Assembly (NCBI GenBank): GCA_045578345.1
Contig: JAZNKB010000006.1
Coordinates: 102,911 to 166,910 of the forward strand
From: Candidatus Onthoplasma sp.
Lineage (GTDB): Bacteria > Bacillota > Clostridia > Christensenellales > UBA1242
Length of the DNA stretch: 64,000 nucleotides
Direction of reading: 5' to 3'
Part shown: piece after piece, positions 63,019-64,000 of the stretch
Layout of the letters: every line of letters begins with the position of its first letter
Position numbering within the stretch: the first letter of the stretch is position 1
The notes under the pieces: model-generated
Told to the model about the DNA's origin: nothing
Seen by the model: only the letters and a program-made list of their open reading frames with translations
Database searches by the model: none
Program-made: the position numbers and the translations under genes

Positions 63019-64000
63019 TTATTTATCCTTTCTTTATATAATTTAACTGCTTGTGTTAACTCTTTACCTAATTGGGCACAATCTTCTATAGTTATCTCTT
63101 CTCCAAAGCTTATTCTTATTGCTCCTTCTATATAGTCATTTCCTACTATTGTTGAAAGAACTCTGTTATGACCTGCCTTACTATTACATGCTGAACCTGT
63201 TCCTACTAAATATCCTTTTGCTTCAAGCATATGAAGAATTGTCTCTCCCCTTACTCCTTTAAAGCAAATTGATATTATGTTATTAACACATTCATTGTCT
63301 GATACCAACACATAGTCACCTTGTAGGTTATCTAATATTGCTTTCTTGTGTTTAGAATAATCTTTAATACATAAATCTTCAACTGCTTTTTTAAAAGCGC
63401 ATATGGCTGGGATGTTTTCCGTTCCAGACCTCAAATTCATTTCTTGACCGCCACCAATGATGAATGGTTTAAACTTGTTTGGTTCAGCAATATATAAAGC
63501 GCCTATTCCTTTTGGTCCATTGATTTTGTGAGAAGACATTGTGAAATAATCAACTCCTAAATCTTTCAGATTAATATCAACTTTTCCTAAGGCTTGAACC
63601 CCATCAGTGTGAACTATAATGTTTTTATTGTAATCTTTAATTTGAGTTGTTATCTCCTTAATGTCGTTAATTGCACCCGTTTCATTGCTTACATATATAA
63701 TTGAAACTAATGCAACTGTTTTATCTAATTCGCTTATTAATTTGTAAATGTCAACACTTCCGTTTTTATTTAACGGAATAAATACAATATTATAACCCAG
63801 CTCTTGATACTTTTTTGCTGTAACGTAAACTGAACTATGCTCACCAGCACTAAATATATATTTCTTGTCCTTTCGTGTGATATGTGCATTTAATACTGCA
63901 TTATTGCTTTCTGTTGCGCCACCGGTAAAAATAAGAGTTGATTTTTGTTTACCTTTAAATTGTTTTAAAATATAATTTCTACTTTCTTCAATCATTGCTT
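63015..64000 (-). CDS. cysteine desulfurase (NifZ/IscS-like), 5' end beyond the window
   Basis: FTGGATESNN, SSHKINGPKG and GTGSACNS motifs. The reading frame is open to the window edge. Overlaps the thiI start, as in nifZ-thiI pairs. Confidence 0.9.
   Translation of the reverse strand, partial: AMIEESRNYILKQFKGKQKSTLIFTGGATESNNAVLNAHITRKDKKYIFSAGEHSSVYVTAKKYQELGYNIVFIPLNKNGSVDIYKLISELDKTVALVSIIYVSNETGAINDIKEITTQIKDYNKNIIVHTDGVQALGKVDINLKDLGVDYFTMSSHKINGPKGIGALYIAEPNKFKPFIIGGGQEMNLRSGTENIPAICAFKKAVEDLCIKDYSKHKKAILDNLQGDYVLVSDNECVNNIISICFKGVRGETILHMLEAKGYLVGTGSACNSKAGHNRVLSTIVGNDYIEGAIRISFGEEITIEDCAQLGKELTQAVKLYKERINK

Noticed and set aside
1-64000. Alternative genetic code (UGA as Trp)
   Set aside because: Full-length conserved genes end at TGA (for example glmS and the double-HTH gene), no conserved protein needs read-through, and the tRNA-Trp anticodon is CCA.

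Overview
AT-rich, compact chromosome segment from a low-GC Firmicute of an endospore-forming lineage (complete spoIIIAA-AH operon). It is mostly housekeeping. Gene order follows four Bacillus subtilis blocks: rpsB-tsf-frr-uppS-cdsA-rseP-(polC slot)-rimP-nusA-ylxR-ylxQ-infB-rbfA-truB; efp-spoIIIA-asp23-nusB-xseAB; comEC-holA-rpsT; and miaB-mutS-mutL-miaA-ynbB. Several biosynthetic genes expected inside these blocks are absent from their usual positions. Also present are two tRNAs (Glu-CUC, Trp-CCA), a Ser T-box leader, a LexA box, many consensus sigma-A promoters and rho-independent terminators. The most unusual part is 47.0-51.9 kb. It holds a 1.17-kb gene-free, very AT-rich region with four DnaA-box-like 9-mers, a perfect 13-6-13 palindrome whose arm recurs in the promoter of a nearby long tyrosine recombinase, and six copies of a 53-bp bipartite module. 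Next to it is a 3.8-kb minus-strand block (including serS) bracketed by 22-bp inverted repeats. Other notable points: a 509-aa PolC-like protein (N-terminal/OB/exonuclease only) sits in the polC slot; at least five operon-first genes look leaderless; there is a GNAT-RNase HI fusion; and there are three decayed loci (XRE module, THUMP methyltransferase, duplicated rny 3' end). All calls come from reading the sequence and ORF translations by eye. No database search, folding or skew calculation was run.
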